A DNA stretch of 64,000 bases from Eledone cirrhosa (GCA_964016885.1 OZ024758.1:22940001-23004000), one strand, 5' to 3'; counted from the stretch's first letter, positions 28,193-43,915 are shown. Numbers and translations: made by a program. Notes: generated by a model from the sequence alone, not told the origin.

Positions 28193-28731
28193 ATAATGAT
28201 ATTCCATAACACATACATACACATATATATGTGTGTATATATATATATATATACTAAATAAACATATACAATCATTGCAAGGGTGCAAGTATATCCACAT
28301 ATATACCTACACATTTGCTAATTCACATAGATATTCACTATATCTGTGTATATGTGAATGCGCATGGCTTAGTGGTTAGATCACTGGGCTTGCAATCATG
28401 ACGTTGTGAGTTCGACTTTTTAGCAGAACCCTAGACACTCCTTTGCGTACGCGGAAGCCACTTTGGGAACCACTGCTGCAAAGCATTCTATCTGACGTTC
28501 TAACGATTCTGTCAATTCACTGCTACCATACTATAGCATTTAACAAAAAGTAGATTTTGAAATACAGGCCAAAAGAGCGAATTAATGTAAAACTTTCAGC
28601 CAAGTTAATATTTTCTTTCTACTAAAGTCTTTCATTTCTAGAAAGAGTTCTGTTTTTTTCTAAATTAGAAAGAGTTCTGCTCTTCTAAATTTCTCATGGT
28701 ACTCCCGTTTAGGTTCTTAGAAGTTGGCAGG

Positions 28732-28784
<53 letters not shown>

Positions 28785-28787
<3 letters not shown>

Positions 28788-28964
28788 CGGGTAAAATTCC
28801 CGAGATCCATGGACGAGTTCTCTCCAGCGGTCTCCGTCCGTCCCTCATCATCGCTGCCATGTCCTGCGTCTCCAACAGACCAGTGTCTGACCTTAGGGCA
28901 TCAACATACGTCAACCTTGGTCTTCCTCTTCCAGTGTGTCCATGTAGGGGCTCCCAAAGGAGCA

Positions 28965-28967
<3 letters not shown>
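28785..28967 (-). mobile_element. 3' end of an RTE-like LINE inside a TA tract
   Basis: LLWEPLHGHTGRGRPRLTYVDALRSDTGL. Same family as 58985-59128 and 59405-60297. Confidence 0.75.
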
Positions 28968-28998
<31 letters not shown>

Positions 28999-29336
28999 TT
29001 GAAAGGGATTAGGTGCTGTGTGGTTACTAATAACGAGTGTTTAGAAAGTAAAGGAAACTCAAATATAGACATAAACAGTTCCCCGCATCAGTTGTCTGCT
29101 GCGGGTCTCAGATGTTTCGGCGCATTAAAGACAATACGTCTCACCGCAGTGCGATAATAACTTAGAAAGTTATTAAGGAAAGAAAAGACAAAAAAGAAGA
29201 CGATAGTGAAGAGTAAGAAAAAAAGAAGAGAAGAAAGAAAAAAACATACAGATAGAGAGGGAAAAACACAGAGTAGAAGCACATATATGTAGCAGTAACC
29301 AAAGGGAGAGAGGACGAAGTTAAAAAAGGCTATATG

Positions 29337-29368
<32 letters not shown>

Positions 29369-29372
<4 letters not shown>

Positions 29373-29564
29373 CCCGTCAACTCTCCCCGTTCGATGGGGA
29401 GATCTCCCATCCACTTCGGGGTGAGTGAGAGATGTCTTCTCTTGTGAAAATGGCTACAGCTTTCATTATGTAAAGTCTCCCCATTTTGCCTCATTTTTCC
29501 CCGTTTTGGGGCACTTCTTTTCATGGTACTCCCCGTTTAGGGTTTTTAGAGGTTGGTAGGTCTG
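29369..29564. mobile_element. About 196-bp MITE
   Basis: TIRs CAGACCCGTCAAC / GTTGGTAGGTCTG. Fragments at 28693-28737, 9900-10120 and 17990-18030. Confidence 0.6.
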
Positions 29565-30168
29565 TTATACCACGAAACTACATTTCTAATAACAATTTCT
29601 AATTCAGAGAGTCTCTCTTTCCACGTTAGACAAAGAAAACAAATTCTCGTTTATATTAGAGTCGTGAATAAAGAATAATTAGATAATTAATAGATACATA
29701 AAGAAAGGAAGGAAGAAAGAAAGGAAGAAAGAAAGGAAGAAAGAAAGGAAGAAAGAAAGGAAGGAATTATATTAAGGTTGTGTATCAGGAGAGAATAATT
29801 AACTTGTATATATGTTGCTTAAATAACAATGCCATGTGTTAGCTTTGTGTTTTTAGGTTGGGTTTAAAACAAACTTTATAAAGCTCTATAGAAAAATGGA
29901 TGGACCACCCTTTTAAATTCGCTGCATAATTAACCTTCTAAACACGTCAGCTGTTAGGTAAATATATCAACCTTTAGGTAAGATAATGAACAGTGGAAGT
30001 TCTTGCAGTCATTTCCATAATTCTCTCCCTCATTCTACAACCTGATCAACATATACTGCGCCTTTAAATGTGTTTGGATCCCATAAAAATAAATGATTTG
30101 ATAAAATAACAAGGCATTTTGTTTAGGTAATACCCACATACACACATTTATGTGTATATATATATATC

Positions 30169-30540
30169 AGAGAAAAAAAGAGAATCAGTGTTGCGACGAA
30201 TGGAATTTATTGGACATATTACAATCGTTTCTCTGGCGACCAGCTCGAGGCACGATCGATGTGATAATCGAACCTGACTCTGAAAATCGCAAGATACGTC
30301 TTGATTCTACGAAGCAGATTTTCCTATATGAGGACCTTGCGATTTTCAGAGTCAGGTTCGATCATCGCATCGATCGTGCCTCGAGCTGGTCGCCAGAGAA
30401 ACGATTGTAATATGTCCAATAAATTCCATTCGTCGCAACACTGATTCTCTTTTTTCTGTGATATCATACTCTGCTCTATGAGAGCATCGAGTGCTCATAC
30501 GGCCTACCGTATACGGACGCTTTAAGCATCCAACACCAAT
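30169..30540. mobile_element. TA-nested fold-back element with half-hammerhead
   Basis: Arms at 30169-30289 and 30337-30458, carrying GAAA-cgattg-TA. Confidence 0.65.
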
Positions 30541-30589
30541 TATATATATATATATAGATCTATATGATATACATACCAACACACATATA

Positions 30590-30668
30590 TATCCTAGAAA
30601 CGATCGTAAAATGATGAATTTTTTAATATAACGAACTTGTTCTTTGCTTTTATTCATTGTTTTTATTA

Positions 30669-30712
<44 letters not shown>

Positions 30713-30792
30713 TAATAAACACAATGAATAAAAACAAAGAACAAGTTCGTTATATTAAAAAATTCATCATTTTACGATCGTTTCTAGGATAT
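30590..30792. mobile_element. Tail-to-tail inverted pair around a TA tract
   Basis: Arms of about 80 bp, each starting ccta-GAAA-cgatcg-TA (palindrome ACGATCGT). Confidence 0.65.
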
Positions 30793-30964
30793 ATATATAA
30801 ACAATACAATATAATTACCTCATTACCAGCTGTAGAAATGAGATGATAGGACTCGGGTCCCTATCATTAAATTACCCAAGACACCCCCAACGAGATATAC
30901 CTTGAAGGAGGCCAGCTAAACCCGCATAGGTGTGAGCTGTCACACACGTTATTAATATTAACAA

Positions 30965-31268
30965 TATTAATGAATGGAAAATATCTTTTTAATACCATAT
31001 TTATTTTATTATACGTATTTCAAGGACACAAAATGTTAGTGTGCTTTCATCAGATAAAATATAATATTTGGTGTTAAGATATTGACATACCTTAGCGTAA
31101 ACTTAATAGTATATTATGCAGATAGCGGGCTTATACTATTAAGTTTACGATAAGGTATGTCAATATCTTAATACCAAATATTATATTTTATCTGATGAAA
31201 CACACTAAAATGTTGTGTCCTTGAAATACGTATAATAAAATAAATATGGTATTATAAAGATATTTTCC

Positions 31269-31272
<4 letters not shown>
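30965..31272. mobile_element. Fold-back element, family A-like, with two hammerheads
   Basis: Arms at 30972-31112 and 31133-31272. Confidence 0.8.
31184..31242 (+). ncRNA. Minimal type-I hammerhead (minus twin at 31002-31061)
   Basis: tattttat-CTGATGA-aacacac..gtgtcctt-GAAA-tacgta-TA-ataaaata. Confidence 0.7.
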
Positions 31273-31318
<46 letters not shown>

Positions 31319-31456
31319 ATAGAGAAATTAATGTGAGCAAGAAGCCAACAGTATTTCATACATACAAGTGACTATTACGTCAAGATGTAAGATATGGGAA
31401 AATAATTCAATCTCAATTCAAAAAAAAGTCAAGACAGAAATTTTATCCACAGATTT

Positions 31457-31507
<51 letters not shown>

Positions 31508-31546
31508 ACAATACATAAACAGAGAAAGCCTTAAGCGATACTCCTA

Positions 31547-31969
<423 letters not shown>

Positions 31970-32009
31970 GATATTGAATAAATGGAAACTATATTTATAA
32001 AACCATATT

Positions 32010-32074
32010 TATTTCATTATACATATTTCAGGGATACCAAATTAAAATATGGTATGCCTTCATCAGACAAAATA
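32010..32074 (-). ncRNA. Minimal type-I hammerhead, family A
   Basis: Minus strand: tattttgt-CTGATGA-aggcatacca..tggtatccct-GAAA-tatgta-TA-atgaaata. Confidence 0.7.
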
Positions 32075-32180
32075 CAATATATAAACAGTTTTATAAATAA
32101 TTTGGACGTACCCTATTAGATGCAACCATTATTTTTGGAAGCTGTCTGGATATTTATATATATATATATAATATATATAT

Positions 32181-32218
<38 letters not shown>

Positions 32219-32226
32219 ATATATAT

Positions 32227-32260
<34 letters not shown>

Positions 32261-32272
32261 ATGTGTGTGTGT

Positions 32273-32390
32273 GAAGGCGTGTGGCTGAGTGGTTAGAGAA
32301 TTGTATTCACAATCTTGAGGTTGTGAGTTCGATTCCTGGACCAGGCGATGCGTTATGTCCTTGAGCAAGACACTTTATTTCACGTTGCCC
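32273..32390 (+). mobile_element. Second tRNA-derived SINE family (head plus CORE/V-like motif)
   Basis: TGGCTGAGTGG A box, GAGTTCGATTCC B box and tgtccttgagcaagacactt. Related heads at about 27855 and 28360. Confidence 0.7.
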
Positions 32391-32499
32391 CTTCTAGCTG
32401 GAGTTGCGACCGATAGATAGTATTAGCAATTGGAAATAGCAACGGAAACATTGTTTCATCGGTCCGATTTGACGAAAGTCGATCGACTATATATATATA

Positions 32500-32639
32500 T
32501 GGAGTCCAGAATTATCCGTCGAAACGGCTTGAGCTCAGCCGTCGGGGTCTTACTGGTTCCTATTACCCACTCTACTACCCTAAGTATTGAGTACTTTGGT
32601 GTGTTATGGTCCACCTGGTTCCTTACCACATTTCCTTCG

Positions 32640-32679
<40 letters not shown>

Positions 32680-32700
32680 CGAAGGAAATGTGGTAAGGAA

Positions 32701-32740
<40 letters not shown>

Positions 32741-32925
32741 CGAAGGAAATGTGGTAAGGAACCAGGTGGACCATAATGCACCAAAGTACTCAATACTTAG
32801 GGTAGTAGAGTGGGTAATAGGAACCAGTAAGACCCCGACGGCTGAGCTCAAACCGTTTCGACGGCTAATTCAGTCCAGAATTAGCCGTCGAAACGGTTTG
32901 AGCTCAGCCGTCGGGGTCTTACTGG

Positions 32926-32928
<3 letters not shown>
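32500..32928. mobile_element. Cluster of family B copies in TA tracts
   Basis: 32500-32641, a short tip at 32678-32702, and a fold-back at 32739-32928. Confidence 0.75.
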
Positions 32929-32967
<39 letters not shown>

Positions 32968-33324
32968 TTGACAAGAGTACCATGGGTTTCGCTGCTAGTA
33001 CCAGTTGCATCTCAGTGCACTCAATAGGTAATGTTAAGTAAACTCCCAGAGTAGACACATAGTTAATCGCTTCAACACACGTAAATGAGTACCTTCAATC
33101 TATACCCGAACTCCAGTTTCTGCCACACTTATTGCAGCAATAGAGTGCACAGCATTCAATGCAGGGTGTCCCAAATAGTATATACTCACTTCAACAGCAT
33201 TCTATTACATGTACAAGCAATCAAAGTGTGTATACATTTTGGGGGAGCAGGCACCCTGTATATATGTGTGTTTATGCATGTATATATCTATCTATATATG
33301 TATGTGTATATATATATATATATA

Positions 33325-33366
<42 letters not shown>

Positions 33367-33438
33367 CCCACTCTCAAGAGCGTGAAACTAATAAACCGTT
33401 GTTCGTACTGCCTCTCTGTTTTGTTCCCGTTCAATTTT

Positions 33439-33485
<47 letters not shown>

Positions 33486-33505
33486 ATATATGTATGTATA
33501 TAAGA

Positions 33506-33562
<57 letters not shown>

Positions 33563-33586
33563 ATCATACCTAAACTGTTCCTAAAT

Positions 33587-33674
33587 TCCTCGACTACGTA
33601 GTTTCGTGGCATAAACAAAAACAATATATCAAAGATATAGAGTCCTTGCGAGGTCTGCCGACTTATCAAGAGGA
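33587..33674 (-). ncRNA. Degenerate hammerhead with GUC site
   Basis: Minus strand: tcctc-tTGATaA-gtcggca...tgccac-GAAA-ctacgtag-TC-gagga (palindrome ACTACGTAGT). Confidence 0.55.
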
Positions 33675-33873
33675 TACCTCATTTTACTAGTCTCAAGAAC
33701 GCGTCTACACGACGTGAGAAAGAATCCCAAAAGGCGGAGGGGGAGATAGTCACGCGATATAACGGTCGAGAAACAGAGCTAAGCCTCTTATAACCACGAA
33801 GAAAATACCACGGGAACAAAACAGAGAGGCAGTACGAACAACGGTTTATTAGTTTCACGCTCTTGAGAGTGGG

Positions 33874-33915
<42 letters not shown>

Positions 33916-33931
33916 TATATATATGTGTGTG

Positions 33932-34074
<143 letters not shown>

Positions 34075-34225
34075 GTGTGTATATATATATATATATATGT
34101 GTGTATATATATATATATATATGTGTGTATATATATATATATATATGTGTGTATATATATATCTATGTATGTATGTATATATATATATGTGCGTGTGTAT
34201 ATATATATATATGTATATAAGAATG

Positions 34226-34269
<44 letters not shown>

Positions 34270-34432
34270 CATGGTAGTCTTGTCAACTTATATATACATA
34301 TATATATATATGTAGGAGGTGAGTTTTATTGTAGTACAATAAAGCAATGCAGATATCGGATAAGAAGCACTCTACAGTTTGTAGGACTGGAGTATACATA
34401 ATATATAAGATAATATAACCATCTTTTGATCT

Positions 34433-34467
<35 letters not shown>

Positions 34468-34696
34468 GTGTGTGTGTATATATATACACACGTGTGTATG
34501 TATGTATTAATTCAAGGCCTCTAAATGTACCAGTTGACACTCGAAAATGTCGTATGGGACTACAACTGAAGCAGACGACGATGATGATGATGTTGATGAT
34601 GAAGGGAGGGTTACAATACGATGGTGGTGGAGGTGGTGATAGAGAAGAATAGACGCTTGACTGTAAGTGAAAAATACCAAACGTCTGAACTCGGAA

Positions 34697-34880
34697 TTTT
34701 CACTAAGATTTCCTCTATAAATATTTCACTAAGATTTCCTATATAATTATTTCCCTAAGATTTCCTATATAATTATTTCCCTAAGATTTCCTATATAATT
34801 ATTTCCCTAAGATTTCCTATATAAATATTTCCCTAAGATTTCCTATATAAATATTTCCCTAAGATTTTCTATATAAATGT
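34697..34880. repeat. 26-bp minisatellite (about 7 units)
   Basis: Unit atttccctaagatttcctatataatt. Confidence 0.9.
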
Positions 34881-35129
34881 TTAGCTATGAACGATCGCCT
34901 CCCCGCTCATTTTACCTATATTTGGACATCTATCTACCTGTTTCATTTTTCTACGAAACAACTAGAGTTGACTTTTATAGAACAGCCAAAGCGGTCATTG
35001 ACCTAGTATTTACTGTCACAGTTCATGTCAGACACTGTGACATTTCTTTATAGTTAATAACAATAGGTGACACATTTGTATCTAAACGAAATTTTATTGA
35101 AAATATTTTGATTGAGTTCATAACACATA

Positions 35130-35551
35130 TACGACTCTCGGCTGAAAAGTCCAGAGGCTGACTAAGATACTCTCATGGAATTACCAAAGGATGTTTATTT
35201 TTCAACATAGTCCCCGGAAACAAAAATGCAGTTATTAATTAATAAGAAGGAGGGTTGAAATTAATGCATGCAAGATTTCACAGCTCTAGCATCACTCCTT
35301 CATAGTCATCTTTATGAACTTTTCAATCTACCATCATATATACCATCATATATACGTAAATACGCACATACGAGGGTCGGCTGAAAAGTCCATAGTCTGA
35401 CCAAGATTCTCTCATGGAATGACCGAATGATGTTTATTTTTCAACATAGTCCCTGAAAAGACACAAAGGGTTGACATTAATGCAAGATTTCACAGCTCTA
35501 GCATCACACTCCTTCATAGTCAACCTATGAACTTTTCAATCTACCCTCATA
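35130..35551. mobile_element. Two tandem Tc1/mariner-type MITEs
   Basis: TA|CGAGGGTCGGCTGAAAAGT ... ACTTTTCAATCTACCCTCA|TA. Copies at 41696-41895 and, in part, 53280-53430. Confidence 0.75.
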
Positions 35552-35955
35552 TATATATCCGACTAACTCACTCGATATGCAAATTAGGCTGCTCAGCCGT
35601 TAATATGCATAAGGAAAGTATATACTTTCAAACGTTCAATCGACTGGCAGGAAGGTATACGGTGCTGATGACAGCTAATAAGCTAGAAACTAGTTCATCG
35701 TGACTTTATCAGTGTTGAACAAAAGGGCAACGATGGTTGCTGAACACTGTACGGCTTAATTCGGGCTGTTTGTTTACAAACAAACCGAACATTATAATAA
35801 ATGTTCGGTAAACCCATACGTACATATATATATATGTGTGCATGTATGTATATACATACTACTGTACGTCTGTATACATATATGCATGTACGTATACATA
35901 CTTATATTTAAGTATCAGCCGTAGTAAGAGTGAGAAATTAAATTTCATGTTTTCC

Positions 35956-36016
<61 letters not shown>

Positions 36017-37030
36017 ATACATTAACAGAGAAAGCTTAAAGCTTCAAGCTATACTCTGACTGGCTTCCATCTCACTCAACAAACATTAGGATATACCTTA
36101 GTATAATCCCAATTTTACGTTTGGGGTGCTAACTATATGTATTTTGCGGATAGCCAGTTGTATTATTTTATATGAGACATAATTAAAATACATCTCCATT
36201 TCCAAACAATTGTTTCATTATAAGTTTTCTACAAGTTGGGAAAAATGTGTCCGGGTTATGTAGAAGCCTGCAAATAATCCGTAGGAATATATGCAGGTGG
36301 GCACTTATAAATCATCAGTGGATACCCGCCAAACATCGATATAAAAAAAACTTTCTTACCGATATTCAATGTCCAACGATGTTCCCTCTCCGTATCAGAA
36401 TGACCGCCAAATTTGAAATTCCAGCAGTCTCAGAATGAGAAATTTAACACTGTCATCAAGCGGAAAGAGGAGGTCATCGCGAAACATAATAAAATAATAT
36501 GCACGCGGGTCAATTAATTTTTTCAATAATTTTAACCTTGCGTGGGAAGAACTCAATTAGATTTTTAAAAAATAAATATATGGATGTATTATTTATACAC
36601 GCATATAGGTATTTTCTTAGTCTAAAAAACAGAGATATGATACCAGAATAACAATCAATATTTCATAGTAGTAATAAATACGGAAAGTTACACTTAAAAG
36701 GTATCTGGAAATATTCATCTCTGGCCAAATCAAGAGTATAATATCGGTTTCAACACACGTTTTCAGATAAAGAATCTTGCTAAACAAATTCAGAAACGAT
36801 ATATATATATATATATATATCGTGTCTGAATTTGTTTAGCAAGATTCTTTATCTGAAAACGTGTGTTGAAACCGATATTGTTATGCTTTGGGAGGGTCAG
36901 GTTGCCAATAAGAAACACACGCACCAGTTGCTTTCACTCCAATTTATTATAAATTAAATTTATAAATTTAAGAATTTATAAATTTCCGGTTGGTTGGTTG
37001 GTTCCACAACCGGACGGTTGTTCATATATT

Positions 37031-37073
37031 GTCAAAGTTCTTTCGCCACACATTCTGTGAACTCTTCAGTGAC
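37031..37073 (-). ncRNA. Minimal type-I hammerhead
   Basis: Minus strand: gtca-CTGAAGA-gttcaca-gaatg-tgtggc-GAAA-gaac-TT-tgac. Confidence 0.6.
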
Positions 37074-37218
37074 TGGGATTCTTTTCTTTGTTTTGTGCCT
37101 CTCCTTTGATAATTCACAGAATGTGTGACGAAAGAACTTTGACAATATATGAACAACCGTCCGGTTGTGGAACCAACCAACCAACCGGAAATTTATAAAT
37201 TCTTAAATTTATAATAAA

Positions 37219-38124
37219 CTAGCAGTAAAGCCCGGCGTTGCTCGGGGTCGCTCAGTAGCTGTGTTAAAGTTACAATGTTAAGTTTCTTTCTTGGCTTAAA
37301 AACTGTAGTGTCTACTGTGCAGACTTGCATGTGGTGTTTTTGATTAATATTCCCTCAACCAACAATATGCCTTATGAAGTTAAGAAAACATAACGATAAC
37401 CCGAATGTTATAACAAAAGAGGATGCTGGGGATAGAAACTGCACTGGTTATTTATTAACAAAGATCGAAAATGTAAACACTGCAACGCAGAGAAAAACAT
37501 TAGCGTAACCAAATTATCAGTTATGTCTGTCTGCACGCCTATATCACCTCTCTGCACGACTATCTGTCTGCACGCGTATATCACCTCTCTGCACGACTGT
37601 CTGTCTGCACGACTGTCTGTCTGCACGACTGTCTGTCTGCACGACTGTCTGTCTGCACGCCTAACGACGAAATATTTGCTTGTTTTATGTAGTCTTTAAA
37701 TAGACTTGTTTTCAAGTAAAAATATTGTTTTAAAATGCTTTTAAATGGTAATGAAGCAAAACGGAAGCTTAGTGTTCGAACTGATGAATTTTGCAGGTCA
37801 ATATTTTGCTGGCTCGACAACTGTTCGTGTATTGTGTTAATGTCATTTTAAACGCTGAGAAAGCCAGCGTAATTTTTTACGTAAGACGCTGAATGTAAAC
37901 AGAACAAAGGGAAATAACTGATAACTTACGCTCAAAAATCGATACATTATATTCGATTTCGTCACATAGGGTGGGTCAATTTGAAATATTTTTTTTCCGA
38001 TGTCTTCGCTAGGGCTCAATGTACAAGTATAGCAATTTCGGTGCAATTCCGTGAGAGATTCTAAGAGGAGGTGTGTGCCAAAAATCGATACACAGACAGA
38101 CAACCACAGTTTTATATATATAGA
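37219..38124 (-). mobile_element. Non-autonomous Helitron
   Basis: Minus strand: A|TCTATATATATAAAACTG ... CCCGAGC-aac-GCCGGG-ctttactg-CTAG|T. No TSD. Internal 17-bp repeats near 37590-37660. Confidence 0.9.
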
Positions 38125-38218
38125 TTGGAGTGAAAGCAACTGGTGCGTGTGTTTCTTATTGGCAACATGACCCTCCCAAAGCATAACAATATATATATAA
38201 ATATATATATATATAAAT

Positions 38219-38267
<49 letters not shown>

Positions 38268-38292
38268 AATATATATATAAATATATATATAA

Positions 38293-38437
<145 letters not shown>

Positions 38438-38440
38438 AAT

Positions 38441-38473
<33 letters not shown>

Positions 38474-38486
38474 AATATATATATAA

Positions 38487-38522
<36 letters not shown>

Positions 38523-38523
<1 letters not shown>

Positions 38524-39723
38524 AACTTTTTTAACTTCATCCTATAAGTCTAAACATTGTAACACACTGACCCACAATATATTCACCTCTGCTAAGATGC
38601 GAGTCCCTGTGAAAATTTTGTCGCGCCACTCCTGGCCCGACTGTGGTGTGACATTAATATCGACCTTCCTTCCTCTCTCTTTCTATCTTCCTTCTTGTAG
38701 CTATCAACCATTACTCTTTTACTTCTCTAAGCTAAATTTTAAAGTTCCAACCTTCTGTCGGACTGTTGGGTGGGTTTTAATGGCGGCGCGACCAGCTCCC
38801 TGGCGAACGAGCTCACCTGGAGTGCTTGGAAAAATAAATTTCCCCTTCTTTCAGTAAATGAAAATACTCGGCGTGGCTTAGTTCGCCATGGGGCCCCGGG
38901 CGCGGCCGTTGTTTTAACCGCCAAATAGTACCTTTAAATTACAGAACAAATCGGAACTATTATATAATTAATTGTTAAACTGTTGAACTTTAAATTTTCT
39001 AACCTCTTTAATATTGAATATTGATTATTAGAAATTTTTTTAACTTCATCCTAGAAGTCTAAACACTGTAAAACACTGACTCCCAATAAATTCATCTCCG
39101 CTAAGATGCGGGTCCCTGTGAAAATTTTCTCGCGGCACTCCTGGCCTGACTGTGGTCTGACATTAATATCGACCTTTTTTCCTCCTCCTTTCTATCTTCC
39201 TTCTTGTAGCCATCAACCCTTACTTTTCTACTTCTCTCTTCCCTTCCTTCTCTCCTCTCCTCCTCCCGCAGACTTATCTTCCTTCCCCCTCTTGCTTGCC
39301 TATATCTGACCAGTAGTAGTTACCTTCCTCTTTTAGCTGACATTAACCCTGACTTCTCTTCTTCTTTCTTCCCCCTTCTTCTCCTTCCTTTCTTTCTTTC
39401 TTTTACCTTGTGTCATGGGATCGACGTTAACCTATGCTCCCATCTCTTTCTGTTTTCGTTCATCTGACCGGTAGTAGCATACTATAAAATTTAGTCACGT
39501 CACTCAAGGGCGACCGGCTGAGGTTGAAGGAACAGAATAGCGGTCGCCCTCGGGTCTCGATTTTCAGCCCCATGGATTTTACCTATTACATTCAAGTATT
39601 ATATTTCGAATACCTGATGATATCACCGGATTCATACGGAACCCGGTCATTGAAATGATCATAGTATAATAAACCTTTCAAGGATTTACACAAATCCAGC
39701 CTCCTGTCATTTCATTATAATAT

Positions 39724-39725
<2 letters not shown>
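38523..39725 (+). mobile_element. Longer Penelope-like 3' fragment with an internal direct repeat and a terminal hammerhead
   Basis: 38523-38730 repeats at 39032-39240. Hammerhead at 39610, then a tail ending in a TA tract. Confidence 0.45.
39610..39667 (+). ncRNA. Minimal type-I hammerhead
   Basis: atac-CTGATGA-tatcaccgg..ccggtcatt-GAAA-tgatca-TA-gtat (palindrome ATGATCAT). Confidence 0.65.
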
Positions 39726-39769
<44 letters not shown>

Positions 39770-39799
39770 TATTTATATATATATATATATTTATATATA

Positions 39800-40151
<352 letters not shown>

Positions 40152-40152
40152 C

Positions 40153-40649
40153 ATACTCTGGTACAAAGACTACACTTGTGACCATTATTGACACATAGTG
40201 CAGGGCCCATGGTACCATGTGATGACAAGTGCAGAGAGATCTCCAGATATAAAGCAATGCCTGTGCTGTGAAGCTTTTATAGTGAGCAAAGGCACTGCAC
40301 AAAGCCAGTCCCACTCTCTTAACCAAGATGATATTTACCAAAAAGAAGAACAAGTCAACATCATTGGATACCATCAGGGTTGCAGGTGTTATATCAGAGT
40401 TTTCCTTCTCCTAGAATTCTGCCTTGACAAAGGCTAAGGGGTCATCTCTCCCGGTGATTTTGGATGGCTATTGAGTCTTAAGAGCTCCCTTGCCCTTTGA
40501 CAGGTTTTGTTTTTAGTCCTGCAGGATGTCCAAAGTCACCCTCCTCACCAAGAAACCTTGGTGGGGTTGCCAGTTTAGTCGCCAACGACCCGACCATGAG
40601 ACAGGTTGTACTGGGATACATGTTACCAGTAGCACCAACTGGTGACCTG

Positions 40650-40650
<1 letters not shown>
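40153..40650 (-). mobile_element. Family C RTE-related element, 3' end lost
   Basis: Reverse complement of 10905-11404. Confidence 0.8.
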
Positions 40651-41497
<847 letters not shown>

Positions 41498-41621
41498 CGT
41501 TTCTGAATTTGTTTAGCAAGATTCTTTATCTGAAATCGTGTGTTGAAACCGATATTGTTATACTTTGGGAGGGTCATGTTGCCAATAAGAAACACTTGGC
41601 AACATGACCCTCCCAAAGTAT

Positions 41622-41670
<49 letters not shown>

Positions 41671-41695
41671 TACATATATATATACACACGCATAC

Positions 41696-41895
41696 ACGAG
41701 TGTCGGCTGCAAATTCATAGGCTGACCAAGATACTCTCATGGAATGACCAAATGAGGTTTATTTTTCAACATAGTCCTTAGAAAGAAACAATGCAGTCAA
41801 TAGTAAGAAGAGTTGAAATTAATGCATGCAAGATTTCACAGCTCTAGCATCACACCTTCATATTCATCCTATGAACTTTTCAGCCTACCCTCGTA
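41696..41895. mobile_element. Tc1/mariner-type MITE
   Basis: CGAGTGTCGGCTG ... CAGCCTACCCTCG|TA. Confidence 0.75.
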
Positions 41896-42197
41896 CATTA
41901 TTCAATCAGCTGCAGTATATTGCGCACATAAACATCGATTTCTTACACAACAAAGAGAGAGAGTGTGTGTGTGGGGGGGGGGGGGGGGATTACCAAGCTA
42001 TATCGATCTCTGTACTTGGTTGGAACTTTATTTTATCGGCTCTGGAAGAATGTATTGTTTATCTTGGTGGCAATTGTAACAAAGAACGTTAAGGGTCGTA
42101 GCTTAATACCACACGGCCAAAGAACGCTCACACATACACAATTACACATACACACACTGAGACAAAGATAAAGGTACAGGCACTCGCACACAAGCGT

Positions 42198-42277
<80 letters not shown>

Positions 42278-42642
42278 ACACACACACACACACGCACACA
42301 CACACACACACGCACACACTGAAACAAAAACAAACGTACATGCACACACACAAGCGCACACACACACACTGAAAAAAAAAACAAGCGTACATGAACATAC
42401 ACACAATTGCACGCGAACACACAAACACACACACACACACGAAAACAAAAAACAAACGTACATGTGACACACACACATACACATACACACGGAAGCAAAA
42501 AAAAAACAAACGTAAATGCACACACATACTCACACACGCCCTACTCCGAATTGCAGATGTAGCTTACACATGTATGTTTATATATATATATAAACATACA
42601 TACATTATATATATATATATATATATATATAAACATACATAC

Positions 42643-42689
<47 letters not shown>

Positions 42690-42874
42690 ATACATACATT
42701 ATATATATATATATATATATATGAAAAAGTTTGTCCTCATCAGTGGCCATCCAACCGTCGTAGGCATTTCGTCGCATTAAATGCCTACGACGGTTGGATG
42801 GCCACTGATGAGGACAAACTTTTTCATATGTAACCCATTTGCAGCGCCGCAGCTCCATTATTATCATATTTACA

Positions 42875-42905
<31 letters not shown>

Positions 42906-43259
42906 GTATATACATGCACATATACATCATGTAGGTATACATGTATGCAAAATAGTCAAGCGATGTATCATATTATATATATATATATATACATTTGGGT
43001 ATACAATACACACATGTATATATCATTTATGTATACATACATCTAGATATATAATGCATGCACGTATATATCATTTATGCATACATATATGTAGGTATAT
43101 AATGTAGGTGTATACATAGATGTACGTATATATTACAGTGACTTATATATTATGGAATAATGTTGGCTTCTTGCTACAATAATTTCTGTACTTTTCATTT
43201 TTATATATATATATATATATACATATATATACATATATACATATATGTATATATATGTA

Positions 43260-43318
<59 letters not shown>

Positions 43319-43407
43319 GTATATATATGTATATATATGTATATATATATATGTATATATATATGTATATGTATATATATGTATATATATGTATATATAT
43401 GTATATA

Positions 43408-43461
<54 letters not shown>

Positions 43462-43483
43462 TATACATATATATATGTATATA

Positions 43484-43537
<54 letters not shown>

Positions 43538-43563
43538 TATACATATATATATATATATGTATA

Positions 43564-43625
<62 letters not shown>

Positions 43626-43629
<4 letters not shown>

Positions 43630-43855
43630 AGTAAGTAAGACCCCGACGGCTGAGCTCAAGCCGTTTCGACGGCTAATTCAGTACAGAATTCTTATTACAG
43701 AATTAGCCGTCGAAACGGCTTGAGCTCAGCCGTCGGGGTCTTACTTGTTCCTATTACCCACTCTACTACCCTAAGTATAGAGTACTTTGGTGCGTTATGG
43801 TCCACCTGGTTCCTTACCACATTTCCTTCGTTATATATATATATATATATTTATA

Positions 43856-43915
<60 letters not shown>

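Larger units (their letters stand above)
36740..38190. mobile_element. TA-nested fold-back hammerhead element, split by a Helitron
   Basis: 36877-37060 is inverted against 37113-37218 plus 38125-38190. A further tail-to-tail copy lies at 36740-36800, with relatives at 41495-41630 and 13830-14060. Confidence 0.75.
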
